DNA of 57,492 bases, filler included, from Bipalium vagum (lineage: Eukaryota): the NCBI GenBank assembly GCA_037834085.1. It is 3 parts of 3 records of this genome, joined end to end, with 100 filler letters (N's around TTAATTAATTAA, not from the genome) between each part and the next. Parts side by side here need not be neighbours in the genome. Positions count along the whole stretch, not along the records: positions 23,244 to 40,408 come from JBBMKC010076147.1; positions 40,509 to 57,492 come from JBBMKC010083878.1; 1 more part is not named here. The stretch is one strand, 5' to 3'. The translations under genes were made by a program, and so were the position numbers. The notes under the pieces were generated by a model. The model was not told where the DNA came from. It saw nothing but the letters and a program-made list of their open reading frames with translations, and ran no database searches. The first letter of the stretch is position 1, and each line of letters opens with the position of its first letter. Below, piece by piece: positions 38,371-53,000 of the stretch.

Positions 38371-40224
38371 ACACATAAGTATAGGTATATGATAATAAAT
38401 ATATTAAGCTGATTAGTTAGGGGAAATATATTTTTCTAACAATAATAAATAAATAATTTATTTACGATTTTAAAAAATCGGCTAAATGTTATGAATCAAT
38501 ACCAGTTCTTTTCTTTTTCTGCTCTTTGATTGTTCTTATTTAGAACAATATTCTTGAGTTTTTGTAATGCTTTCTTTGTGGAAAACATAGCTCTTCGTCA
38601 ATAATGAATGGTAGAATATTTACGAAAATCTCAGATGAAGAGTATGATTTGGCGTTTTATCACGAAAGACTACGAACTGATAGTGAAGTAACCTTATCAA
38701 CAGCTTCATATATAATGATAAAAGAAGCTCTACTGAAATGAAAAATAGATTCAGATTCGTTTTCCAATCATCAACGTTGGATAAAGTGATTGGAATTGAA
38801 GTCTACCATATAAAATTACTAAAATGTGAAAGAACATTCAATGTAGAAACCGTAAGATTATTAAGTTTTGCATCATGCAAAATGAATAAAGTCATATTTT
38901 TACACCAAAGGCTACATTATTATATTAAGAAAACAATATAGACACATTTAACATGAAATTAATAAAAATAGTAAAGTGTAATCAGATTTCGGGACCTACA
39001 GTACAAGATGCTATTAGGAAAAAAGTCAGTTTTCAAAATTATAACAATTCCAGCATAAGAATTAAAGCATCTTAATTAAAAATTAAAAAAAGATAGACTC
39101 ATGTGAAAAGAATTAATGTCAAAATGCGGTCAGTTAATGAATATCAATAAATAATAAATAATAAAGGATAATGTGTCAAGAAAAGAGTACCGGAAAAAGT
39201 AACATGAAGATTAACATATATAACAGATAAATAAAATGAGAACCGGATGATAATGAAAAAAGGAATAGGATAGTACCAATTATTATTAAGTATGCGAAAT
39301 AATTATACTTTTATTAAAATTTTTTCCTCATTATAATATTAAATATCATATATACAGTTTCAGCTTATTTAGTATTTTATTCTAATACTAATATTATATT
39401 CATTATTGAAGTCTTTACAAATTTATTTGAACAATGTATATAATTAATATTACCCAAAATATGGATAAAAGGTAAGATTTATGTGATTAACAACTATTTA
39501 TATTTAAATACAGTTTAACCCATAAGTGGTACCACCTATACCTAATGTCATCTTCTTATTACCTTAGTATTGTGAATCTTTAATGAATACATTGTTTATA
39601 AATTTTTCCTCCCATTTCGATCATTTTTTCAACAAGGCCAGAATTTTCTTAAAGTTAAATTTTATTTAAATTATGATATAAATTTATTTTAATTTCAAAT
39701 TTTTACCAAGGTTATAAAGAAACGAACCACATTGAATAAAAGTGAAAAGAAAGAAATAATTTTTGTGCGCAATAGTAAGAATAGGAAGAATTTTCAAAAT
39801 ATTATTCAGTGTTAGTTGTAGCTAAAAAGCCATTATCTTCCCTAACATATTTATTCAAACCGTTTTGTTTTTAGTTTAAATTGTTATTAAAAAATGAAAT
39901 TAAAATATTTTTCACATAAAATTTTCGCATTTAATTCGAATATATTGAGGTTTAAAATATATATTTATTTTATTTAAAATTTTTAATTTACCATTTTCTT
40001 TTAATTGGTTTATATATAATGATTTATTATTAATAGTTTAATTTTAGTATTTGATATATTTAATTAATAAAATGTTTTAGACAACATACTGCAAAATTAA
40101 ATTTTAAAAATCAATGTTACTAATATATTTTTAGCTTATCACACATAAAGTGAAGAAAACTATTTTAAGGAAAAAATTAGAAACATTGAATCATTTTAAT
40201 CATTATCCTTTTACACCATCATAT

Positions 40225-40408
40225 TGTTACGATATTAACTCACTATGAACCCTGTCGTAACCTTAGCTCGCAAAATTACTGACCCCTTCACTTACGCAAT
40301 TGAATGAATCAAACAACTATGAACAACACTTTATTGCTACAATAACAATACAAACAAAATCTTTCCAACAATCAGTAAAATGTCTGCAATCAAATGTTTT
40401 TGTATAAA
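40225..40408 (-). mobile_element. Probable LTR end truncated by contig break
   Basis: Abrupt compositional change starting TGTTACGATA (minus strand ends ...TCGTAACA) with a minus-strand AATAAA about 105 nt inside. Confidence 0.4.
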
Positions 40409-40508
40409 NNNNNNNNNNNNNNNNNNNNNNNNNNNNNNNNNNNNNNNNNNNNTTAATTAATTAANNNNNNNNNNNNNNNNNNNNNNNNNNNNNNNNNNNN
40501 NNNNNNNN
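40409..40508. other. Artificial contig spacer 44N-TTAATTAATTAA-44N
   Basis: Same layout as 23144-23243. Confidence 0.97.
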
Positions 40509-40583
40509 CGGGTTTTTCCAAAAACAGTTAAAATTCCCGGGCTTCCTAAATTTTGCCGGTTGCCGGGAATTTTCCGAGGCCTA
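40509..40583. mobile_element. hAT-like DNA transposon/MITE terminus
   Basis: GC-rich end with repeated CCGG/CGGG subterminal motifs, reverse complement begins TAGGCCTCGGAAAATTCCCGG; at contig edge. Confidence 0.45.
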
Positions 40584-41469
40584 ATTATTATTAATATTAT
40601 TTTAAAATATTTAAAAGTTAAATAATTTTAAGCTTGTTAAGAATGTCGTTAGTAGTGAAATTAAAAATATTAATTAAATAGATTATAATTTTCAGAATTT
40701 GGTGTCGTCAAATATTTTTAAAAAACTTTCATAAAAATTTTTTTCTAATTTTTCTAATTAAATTTTTTAAATATTAAATAAAAAAAATTAATAACTGAAA
40801 CCCCCAATAAAAATATTAATTAATTTTTGATTAATGATTGCTAAAATTTTAATATTAAATAAGAAATGGAAGAGTGTATTTGTTTATTTTTAATGTTTCA
40901 TTTTAACTTCCGAGCTGGGTTAAGAAAAATATCAATAAATAATTATTAAATTTGAAAACCTCAAAGAATAAACGTCTTTTTCAATTAGAGATCTCACTTT
41001 TGTACTCACTTTTTTGAATCTCAATTCGTACGTCTTTTTCTTACTACAATAATGTATCAAAGAACAGCTTATATTCCTTAGCGTCTTTAGTTTTATTTTT
41101 TATATTTTTCTCAATATTTTACAATTAAATAGAATCAGAAAGTAAAACATCAATAATTGAATAATTGTTAATCAATAAATCAAAATTAATAAAAAGAATT
41201 AATTAAAATTAAACTAAAGATAAATCAATTAAAATAATTTCTTTATAATTTTTAATTTATTTTTGTAATTATTCCTTTTTTTTAATTCAAATTACATTTT
41301 TTGAAGTTTTTAAAATATTATCAAAATTGATGTAAAAAGTCGGGAAACTAAATGCATTTTTGGGTTGACCTATTAATAAATGTATTGTAAAGCTAAAAAT
41401 TACTTAGACTGTAACAAAAATAATGAAGTCAATTCAACAAAAAAATTTTAAAATACGTATGCATTTATA

Positions 41470-42080
41470 GATTTCATTTTTCCACATAACTGCCGTTCAC
41501 ACTTTTTTCCATCTTTCCAATGAAATGGTAACATTGAAGCCTATTTCAAAGAAATTTTGATCCTTCTATATATGGAATTTTGTCATGTTATTCTTCATAT
41601 CAACCTTTGAAATAAATTTATGTCCTCGAATATATATTTTCAGATGATTGAAGAAGCAAAATCATTTGGTGCAAGATCTGGGCTGTATAGAGTCTGATCC
41701 AGCAACGCAAACTCAATTTTGTTAATTTGTCTTGTGTTTTCTTGTATGTGCGTGAGTAAGATGCAAAAAAGCTCCTAATTATGTGGCTTGCTGCAATAAT
41801 TCGAATTTAAGGTTTCTTCAGTAAAATCTGGCTGGATGCCATTTCTATCCAAAAAACGTTTGACAGATCACATTTGCAATGCAAAATTTCGATAAACAAG
41901 GCCTTATATGGCTTCTCATTTTCAAAAACCAAATCCTTTGACTCTTTTAGAGTAAAGAAGATATAGATTTAATGACGTCTTCTTTGTAGTTACTATAATC
42001 AATAAAAAAAGTTCGTCCGATAGACTCGCTCGAGTATTTTTCGTTTATTTGTCTCAACTAATCACAGGGTGAAAATACAA
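41470..42080 (-). mobile_element. Mariner transposase C-terminal remnant
   Basis: Minus-strand LLDQTLYSPDLAPNDF...FNHLKIYIRGHKF and terminal NGSYVEK. Confidence 0.75.
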
Positions 42081-43379
42081 ATCTTTGAACATTTTTAAAA
42101 TAATCTAATCTAGTGAAAATAAAATTTAGAATATTTAAAATAATCGTATATTTCATACTTATTATTATTATTTCATATGTATTATTATTTTACGTGCAAA
42201 ATTCTATGTAAGTATCATCGTTATATTTCTGTTAGAGTCTAATTACTTTTTAGCCTTAGTATTCTGATGGCCAAAAAAGTATAAATTATGGTAACCATCA
42301 AAACATAAAACTCATGGGATTCAATTTTGATTTATATTTTGATGATTAATAATCAGTAAACAATCCTTTTCAAAAATTTTTTTAATTCATTTTTTTTCCA
42401 TCAAAACTTTTTTCAGTATTTTTGAAATCATTTCGATGTCATCTAAATCATAACTATTACCTTCATTAATTCCCAGTATATATTAATGCATTTTATATTT
42501 AGTTTTTGGTAATAAATTATTTAATAAATGTAAATAAATTATGGTTATAAATTATTTCTATATATTTAATAATTTTTAATGTACTTTTTAAAGATCCTTT
42601 TTTAAAAAACACTTCATTCATTTCTATTTCCTTTATATTCCAGACTACTTAAAATTGAATTTAAAATTCTTTTTTCAAAAAAATCTAATTCTGACATAAA
42701 TATAATTAATTTATTGATAATTCAATTGATTCATGTATTTAAATACACTACCGCTCAAAAGCATTAGGAAGGTACTAAAAATTGTAAATATAACATTAAT
42801 AGATCATATTCGTAAGGATAAACTACTTTTTCAAAAAATTTTATTCAGATTATACAAATACCATATTTATGTTAGTTTTTTAGTTCAGATCATTGAGGTA
42901 GAAGTTATCGAAGGCTGAAGTTCCTTAAGTATGAATAACAGAAAACCATGTTAGTATTGATGAAAGACTTATTTTATAGAGTTTTTGTCGGTCATTGTAT
43001 CAGAGCTTCCAGTCACTTGATAGATAGGTCTCACCCTTCTCCTTCGAATAATTTACCTGATTGACCAGTATTTATACCGAGTAATATCTCATGGTCATCA
43101 GAAAATTCAAGATTTAAATTAAAATAGATCCACTATTTTTACACCCAAAATTTATTTAGAAATAGTACAGGTAGTATAGTTTATTTTAAACTAAAAATAT
43201 TTTGTAAAATTTTAAAATTCCTTTAAGTTCTTTAAATTCTGAAACTTAAAATGTATATTCTTTTAATAAATTCTCTGATCTATAACACCGACTTTTCTAT
43301 ATGTTGATATTTTATTTATATTTTATATTTATATATATATTTATATTTATATTTTTTAATTATTTTGATATTTTATTAA

Positions 43380-43560
43380 TATGTTTAATCATGATGTCCA
43401 TGAGTGCTAGTTTTATATATTTATGTAGATTGTTCCTAAATGCGTGAAGCATATAGATGGATTTTTATTCTTGAATATTAGGAAAACGGCATCAATATAT
43501 ATTTTACAAAAGAGTGGTTTTTCTTTGATATTGTTCAATTAATTGATATTGAAGATATAT
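43380..43560 (-). mobile_element. Penelope-like RT remnant
   Basis: KEKPLFCKIYIDAVFLIFKNK resembles the PLE KPxFYxRYVDDIFxIF motif. Confidence 0.35.
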
Positions 43561-44967
43561 AAGGAAATAAAATTTTAAGTTGTCAATTATGGTTTGTTTT
43601 TCAATATTTTAAATAAATTTAAATAACAAAGCTTAATATTTACAATAAATAGCGCCTTATATGCTATTGTTTAAATAACGTAATTTTTCAACGTAATATT
43701 TTATTTTAAGTTAAATAATCTGGACTTCATTTTTGCAGTAAAATATATGTTAAAATGATTGAAAAAATAATTAAAGATAATGGTTATATATGTCATATCA
43801 TGAAGTGACTGTATACCAGTCTAATAAAATCATTAACTTTTATTTAAAATGTTATTAAAATTACCATATTGCTTGGTCAATATTAATATATTATTAAATT
43901 TAAAATTGTTTTGGAAATTTTGAGGTTTTCTGAAATTTCATTTGGTTAATTTGAACAAAGAGTAGAATGGTGCAATTTTATGTTAAACTAATCCATAATA
44001 AATTATCTTTAGTGTTAAACATTGAAAATAAAATAATAATAATAAATAAATAGAAACATTATTAAAAATATAAAACACCAAGTCCATCACCAATAAATTC
44101 TCTAGCAAAAATTCAATATGAAGTTGTACTGTCAAAAGAAAATATTTTCCCCAATCTGAAGTTGAAAATATATTCATTATTGAAAAATTATTCGAAGGGG
44201 TAAAGAAGAAAAAATATTTTTTGACATAATTCAAACAGAACAGTCGTAACTTTCTTGAAATTATTAATAGGAGAATTGAAAATACAATAATAGCCAGTAA
44301 TGATGGGTACTTTTTGAGTATCCGTATCGTTCAATATGGCGATTATATTTATGAACAAATACTGAAATATATTTTTAAAAATATATAAAATGTAAAATAT
44401 TAATAATACCTGCTCTCACCGTTATGTTCATTTCATCCAAAAAATTATTAAATCAATAACTAACAAATAATTAGAATAATAAATAATAATTCACAAACAA
44501 ACATAAACACATCTTTTTAAAAATAAAAATTTTTTGAAAAATACTAAATAAATTTTTGATAAATACTAAATTTTGCAGGAAAAAACTGAAATAGTGTTTT
44601 GTTACAGTTTTAACCCTTTATTCTCAAACTGTTTATTCATTACTTAATGACACTTGAATTATTTAGTTTTTATGTCTTACCACAGCACTTAATTGTGTCA
44701 TCTTCCAATGAATATGATGTTTATGCTATTTAAAGTTTGTAATATTAATATTTATAATACTTAATTTGTTTATGACATTTTGAATAATGAGGAAAAAAAT
44801 AAAATTCTTATTTTTATTATCAGTATCATTTATTTATTTAAAAATTTTAGGAAGATTTTACTCTATCGACTTTCATTAATAGTTTAACTTAGTACAAATA
44901 TTTATCAGTATCTCATTATTATTAAGTATGAGTCATATATACTCTTATGATGAGAAAATTATAATAA

Positions 44968-44979
44968 TAATTATTATTA

Positions 44980-45034
<55 letters not shown>
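44968..45034. repeat. (ATT)n microsatellite
   Basis: About 20 ATT units. Confidence 0.95.
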
Positions 45035-45036
<2 letters not shown>

Positions 45037-48000
45037 TTAAGAAATATTTAAAAATTTAAAACTTCCAAGATATTCTTGTTTTTCCTGGATATATAAATAT
45101 AATATTTATTATTAGGAAGTTTTAGTTTTAAATGATCAAACTCGAAACTGAAGAAAAATAATCGTAGTACATCAGTCATCAGATAGTATTAAAATTAGCA
45201 TAACATGAACTAAATGTAATTACGTACAATAAGAAATATTCAGAACATGAACAATAATTGCAAACATATCATCTCACTATTTTTTTTAATTCATGAGAAA
45301 ATGGACAGTAAATTATGTGGCGGAACAATTATTATATAACTATGGATTATTCATATTATTAGTTGCAACTGGACTGATCCTATCTTCTCTTTTTATTATA
45401 TAATGAATGATCTCAATATTTTGATATTATAAAAAGATTCAATTTTAAAGAGTTCTTATTCTGAACTATTTAAAAAATATACTTTTAGAACATTTCGATT
45501 TTATTTTCGATAATACGTAAAAATATTGAAAAAATGGTAAATATTTCTGAGAATTTAATTATGATAATTACGTTTCCACAAATAATTAATAAAAATGAGA
45601 TCGGTTTATTCCATGGGATCAGATATGATCTTTGACATTCCAGGTGGTACTTACATAATTAATTACGTTATTTGTTATTTTGATAATAATGACTAATTTT
45701 TAAATTGAAAAATCATCTTATAATAATAATTATTATTAAGTAATTATTTTTCTATTAAGATTTTTCGTTTATTATAGTTACTATTAATTAATTTCTAATG
45801 TTTTCATAAAAAATATTTTGTATATGACATTAATTACTAATTAAAAATATATTTTTTGCTCATTGTTAATCATTAATATTGATAAATGTTTAATTTCGCA
45901 CAATTTAAAATAATAAAATATTAATTGTTGATAAACATTGAAGCATGTAAAAGAAATATAATTTCTCTATTTGTAATTAAATTAATTTTTTTTAAAAAGT
46001 CTGACAAAATAAAATTTTAAACAAAAAATTCCTCGGTAAATTTCTTTTAAAAAAATAATAAATGTTGAAAAAAAATTTTCGACATCAATATAAAATTGGA
46101 ATATATTACTCATAATAATTCAGAAAACTTAATTTTACTATAAAAAATTAAAATGGTTTATTAACTTTTATTATTTAACCATGTGTCAGCAGGAATTGTT
46201 TGAACATGCAATAAAATAAAATCAATAGTTGTTAATACGGGTTTTAAATAACATTAATGAAATTGTGTAGGTTGGAAATGAACATTATTACAAAATTTGT
46301 TATTAAAAAATTATCAGAGTCAATTGTGCCAAATTGGTGAATTATAAGATTGAAAAAATTATTTTAAATTGTATTTTCAAATCAGATCATGAAAATTGCA
46401 AAATTATTTTATTTTCTTTAAGAAATAGAACCAAAATTATATAATTTTTTTACAAATATATATGAAGATTTGTAAAAAATACTTGAAAATAAAAATCAAT
46501 AAAGATTAAAGAGATTTTGTTAAATACAAATATATAAAAATATTTTTATTGTCCTTTGGTAACTTTAGGATTTCTCTTTTAATATAGCTATTTTTTCATA
46601 ACTCATAAAAATATTTGAAAAGAAAAGCAGATTATTAGAAAAAATATTTATTTAAATCAAAATATTTATCTTATTATATTTCTTTCTTTTTTATAATTAA
46701 TTATTAATTATTATTAATAACTTATTATTAACTTATTAATTTTAACATTAATTTAGTTCACGATTGCCAGACATTTTATTCACTTTATCTCTGAATTGGG
46801 AGCTCTATATTTGGTGTTTACAAAAAAAAATATTTAGAAAAAATTAATTCGATTAATTTATTTAATATTATAAAATTAATTTTTTTATCTATTGAAAATA
46901 CAACAATTTTAATTTTACGTTAGGACATTTTATCTTAATATATATATTTAAATTAAAGTTATTTATTAATAAAACATACTTTAAACAAAATAATTACTTC
47001 TATTACAAAATGTTAAGGAAGTTATATTGATTGTTATCACATGAATATTTGGTTTATAAATGTAATAAAGTTGGTATTATCTAATAAATATAATATAAAA
47101 TGAGAGAATATTTGAAAAATTGTTAACATTAATATTTATATTATTATATATAATCAAAAATGTTATATTATATATAATTTCAGTAGAAGAGATTGATTTG
47201 GAAATCGGTTTAATTTATTCTTCATGTCTTAATGCTCAAATAAAAAAATAAAATAAACATTAATTTTATTTTATTTTGACCAAATATCTGATTTCCGAAC
47301 TTAATTTTTGTTAAAATAAATTATTTTAAAATTAAATTATTTTTTATAAGCCTCGTAACATTAAAATATGTTTCAAAAACGAATCTACGATTTTTTAACC
47401 TGTTTAACCTCAACTGGATTTGTTTAAGGGTCAATTCAACAGTTAAGTAGTTAGTCAATATTGATATTATTATCACTTACTTCTCATCATTATAGGTATT
47501 TTTCAATGAGAATTATAAAATAAATTAAGATTGGTTGACAAATTCTTATTAACTGAAATTTACATTAAGTATATTGTATTTTTTTAAGTAATAAATAAAT
47601 AAAGAAGACCATCAAATAAGAATTAAAAACTAAAGAAAAGTATAAGAAAAGCGAAACTGAATTAACACATATTAGAGAATTCATTTGATATCAAAAGAAA
47701 CATTTATTATAAGTCATTAAATTACAATGAATAACATTCAAAGTTTATTCACAATTTTAGTTAATTAAAACAAAAAATAATAATATTAAATTTTTGAAAC
47801 AAGGTTTTAAAAATTATAGTTTTATATTAACGATAACCTTGAGAAAACTTACCTCCTTAACGGATGATTGCAAACCACAATTTATTCAATACTGTTTTGA
47901 CTTTGTGTTTTATCACGAAATAAAATTATTATTAATACCCTTGAATCGCAAATATAAAATAAAAGTACTTTCAGCAATTTTGAGATCTGTTATGATATTT

Positions 48001-50026
48001 GACTTTTCTTTGCAATTGATTTTTTAAAACTTAAATAAGGTGTCCACTAATTTTAACATCATATTCTGAGATATTAGCTTCTGACTGAACCTTTTATTTC
48101 CACTAAAATAATTAATTAGTTTTTTATTATAAATTTTTATTTGAAGTTGATCATTAATTATTCTTACCTCTGCTTTCATTTAAGAACATTATGCAAAACT
48201 GAATAAATTAATGATAAAAAATATTATACTAATTTGTATGGGTAAATAAAATAATCTTATAAAAACTTAACCTTCATTTTGGATAAAAAAAATATAATTT
48301 TGCCCTAATTTCGAGGATATCTTGCTACGGATTATATTTTATTAACGGTGATTAATTTTTAACATTTCTGTAACATATTAACCATTAAAATGAAACATGT
48401 AGTTGATTTTATTTATTTGATCAGAAGATTAAAGTATTGATTTTTTGAGTAATTTTTAATATTTCGAAACTAAGTATTAAATCGACAGTGAAATATCGAT
48501 TTTTCTGATAATAGTAATAAATTAGAATATATTTCATATATTCAAAATCAATTTCCTTTTAAGTGTATAAGATTAAATATTGTTAGTTTTATGTGATCAT
48601 TTAAGTTATTAACAAGAATAATGTATCTTAAAGAAATAACTAAAAACTTAAATTATTAATTAACATTGTTATCAATACAACTAGTTCTCTATAAATTAAG
48701 ATGCAAAGGATGACTTCAGTTAAGAGACATTTTTAATTTTATTTATTCTTCTTAATAAATAACTAAGAATTAATTCCTCATTTGATTTCATTCAGAATAT
48801 CTGCAATAATTGAATGGTCATTTTTTCAAAAACGAAAGATTTAATCCAAATTCATTTTTAAAGGAATCGAAGTGATAATTCAATAAAATCCAAACCAAAT
48901 ACCAGTATTTAATAGCTGTAAAATTCAGTTACAGATGTGTATCATTAAGAATGAATCACTGGTACATTTGCGGAAATGTGAAATCAAATCCATATACAGA
49001 ATATGAACATCACAATGCCTATCACCAATAATTGATAAAATGTTGACAGTTAAATAGGACAGTGCGGAATCAGAAATATTTCAACGATTTTATCGAAATA
49101 AACTTCAATTTAAATTTTCATTTTACCTGACTGTGGGAATTTAATCCATTTAAACTCCCCATCTAATTCTAAAGACAAATCTGCCACCGTCCTCAAGCAA
49201 ATCCCAGTCAACACCGCATGCATCGGCTTGAAGAAAAATGGATAGAAATTAATGGTCAATCGATTGTGTGCAATAACAGACTGGCGACCGAAATGTTTCA
49301 GATAAACCCACCGCACTTCACATCACCACAAGTGAAACAAAATCTTTTATGCCATACGAATCCATCAAAATGTAAATTAGACCATTATACATTGTATAAA
49401 CCGTAACGATTACCAATCACTATTTACCACCATGTCAATTAAACACAACCACAAAGAAAACCATGTGTATTTAACCATAATATTAATAAACTTTAACATA
49501 TTTCGATTCTGCACAATGAAATGTCGATTATTCGTCAAATAATTAAGAAAGAAGCCCTCGATCAAGCAAGGCAACAATTACTCTTCACCATCATTTAATA
49601 GCACCAAATGTCAATAAAACACAAAATATTCGTTAATTAATTTAATCAATCACACAAACAGATGAGCATGGATAGGTCTATTGCAATTAGCATGACGACC
49701 TGACTAAGACACACGTGGATAGACGGACACATCACTTTGTTCTCTCTTTCGCTCACTCGGTCTCCGAATGAAAAAATATATATTGTTTGACTAGTCAAAT
49801 GATAAAACCAGTGAAAACACACACGCTTTATAAATATATATAGAAACCGCGTTTCGTTGTCTAAGACACGTCTATCCGCATTGTTGTATGAGAAAAAATT
49901 GCTTTAAACATATACAAAATTTCAAAATTATTAATAATAAAATATTGATCTTGCACAATTGCACACACGATTCGAGAATTTCATTTAAAATTTATTCCAA
50001 TTCAAGAAAATTCAAAAAAATAAAAA

Positions 50027-53000
50027 TCATTCTCCATGACCGTTCACAAAACAAGCTCCCGTGTTGTTCTGGTCCGATTGCTGTTCATTGACGTCCATTG
50101 TGGGAAAATCTTCTTTGCTCGATGCATCTGGCACTCGCTGTTGCCATGGTGCTCCGGTCAAGAGAAAACCGGGATTTTTATCTTTGCCACTGACACTGTT
50201 ATCTACAGTATTGTCGCGATTGTCTTTCATGTAATTCTTTACGTCTCGGATCTGATTACGCTCTTCCCACTCGTTCAACTGATTTGAGATATCAATAAAA
50301 AATTAAATAACTTTTTAAACTGAGATTAAAAAATCATTACCAATTCGTTGGCTCGCTCTATAAGAATATCACAACATTTGTCAACGTTTTCTTGATCACC
50401 AATAACAGTAACCAAATTGGCTGTTTCGTCGTCAGCGTTTCTGTGTGGGAAAGAAATTTCGACTTTAAATTGATCTCTCAATTTCTTTAAAGCATAACCA
50501 CGAGTTCCGATCAACTGTGGATGAACCTAAATAGAAAATAAAAATTCTAATATTTTTCAATTCAAAATCGATTACTAATTCGAATAAATATATAGTGTAA
50601 TATATAATACCGAATAAATCGATAAAAAAATAATAAAACCTTACATCTTTCGGTATATGCAACTCCTCTTTGACTTGAGACTTTATTCGTTCTACCAATG
50701 ACAATAACTCTTCCTCAGCTCCTTCAACATCCTCCTTGTATCCACGAATCGTGATATCAGAAGATCCGCTAGCGGAATCCGGTATTTGAATCGCGACTTT
50801 AAACTTGTTCTTGATGGCCTCGATATTTGAACCTCGTTGACCAATGATAAACCGATGAAAGACAATTGGCACTGAAACTTGATTTTCGTAATTTCTCGCT
50901 ATCCAATCTTCTCTTTCTTTCTCCCAAATCGCTACCAACTCTTCCAGGCCCAATTTGGCCTGAGCTATATTGGCAGGAGGACCGTAAATTGATATGTGAT
51001 CCAAGCACTGGTTTGAAGGGGGTATATTGACGACAACCTAACACCAAACATCAAATTGTAGAAATAAAGAGAAATCTTAATTCACTAACATTATACTTGA
51101 CTGAAAAATTGTTTATTCCCATTCCCTTTTGACCAATAAGATTACGATGGAAATCGTTAATGAGGTGAATTTCTTCAGTGATGGGAACCAACTCCAATAA
51201 CATATCTCTAGCAGATTCACAATTTTCTTTACGTCCTGAAATTGTAACCCAGTTCGCTGGATTGTTTTGTTCATGATCAGAGTTGTTGTCTTGTGGTACT
51301 TCATCAGAACCTTCATCAGCACAGCCGTTAACATAATCCTCTTCATTGTAGCACTCTGTATCAGAAACTAATTGCTAAACGTCCAACTTTATATAAAAAA
51401 TACCAACCTTGTCTGACATCGCGATTCGGAAATTTGATCAAAACATCCTTCAGAGTCTGGATATTCTTGATATCGATCATATTTCGCATGATCAAATTCC
51501 TGTGATGTTTCTGATCAATAAAAACTGATAAATTAATCTGGGCTTCGAAATTTTCAACAATGTCTTGAATTCTCAAGATTGCATCCTATAACAAATCAAA
51601 AACTCGATAATCACATTCCACATATTTGCTACAAAGATCATATACCTCAACGCAACCTTTTGGTCCAACAACACGAACTTGGTCCACATTTTCAATTGCA
51701 TCTTGTTTTGGAAAAAACATTCGCACTCCTCCAAAATCACGGGAAATCTCTTCCATCAATGCTTGGCGCCTCTTGAAGAAATTCTTATGCCACTTATTTT
51801 CGATTGTGACATATCTTTCAATTTCGTTTTCCTGTAACGTAAATTATTAGTTTCCTCATCCAAATTAATCATTGAATAAAATATAAATTAAATTTTCATA
51901 GTAAAATATTAAAAATATGCTAAAATAAAATTCTCAGTAAAATATTAAATTTCAAACCTATATTAAATATTTAATTACAGAAAATCATAATACTTACCAA
52001 AGATTTTACGGTTTGTTCTAGCTCCTCTTTGGCTCTTTGAACATTATTCTTTGCTCCTATAAGTTGGATCACGTCTTTATTGGCATCCTCATAATCTGGA
52101 AAGATGACGATGACTTCATACTTTTTGCGAAATTCTGCAAGCGCGCTTCCTTTTCTACCGATGAGAAATTTGTGAAAATCAGCTTTGACTTCCACTGTTT
52201 CCTGGTGATTGAGGAGAAGGTTTTTCTCTGACATTTCCAGTAATTGTTTTTTTGCTTTGTCCACATCAGCTTCCAGACCACGAATTTTTATGACATCGCT
52301 TGTGGTGTCACTGGATGGAAATTGAATCTGAACATCTCCACAGTCTTGTTGGATGAACTTCACTAATTTTCCTTTTGGTCCAATAAGACTGGCATGCAGC
52401 CGTTGGGGAATCGATATTGAGTCTTCCTTGATACTTATCAACTCAGCTTGCATTGCTTCGATTCTCTTTGCTGCTTCTTCCACATTCTCCTTTTTACCTG
52501 TCAACTTAATCTTATCGGAATCACTGTGTTCATCTGGTATATCGATTCGAATGTTCAAATCCTCTCTAATCCTACGAATATTCATTCCGCCTTTACCAAT
52601 AATGTTTCTGTGATATTGCTTGAAAATTTTCACGTCCTTGACGTAGTTGTTTTCGATAATTTCCTTGATTAATTTATTCAACTTAGTGGCGACCATATCA
52701 ACATGCTGACGCGGTCCGCGTAATTGGATGATATCGCTTTTCGTTGACAAATCTGGAAACATAATTATCACATCCGGATATTGATTTTTTAATTCCTTAA
52801 TATTGTTTCCTTGAGCTCCGATAAGTTGATTGTGATACTTGTTATCGAATATTACGTCTTTGGTTTTCTCATTCTCCAGTTTTAGTGACATGGATTCAAT
52901 TTCCATTTTAGCTAGACCAACTCCTTCTGGATCTCCTTCGATTCTAATTGTCCAACTAGCAGATCCAACTGAATTGTTTCCAGGCATTCGAATTTGCACT

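Noticed and set aside
42746-42775. Tc1-like TIR CACTACCGCTCAAAAG
   Set aside because: No partner TIR or recognisable transposase nearby.
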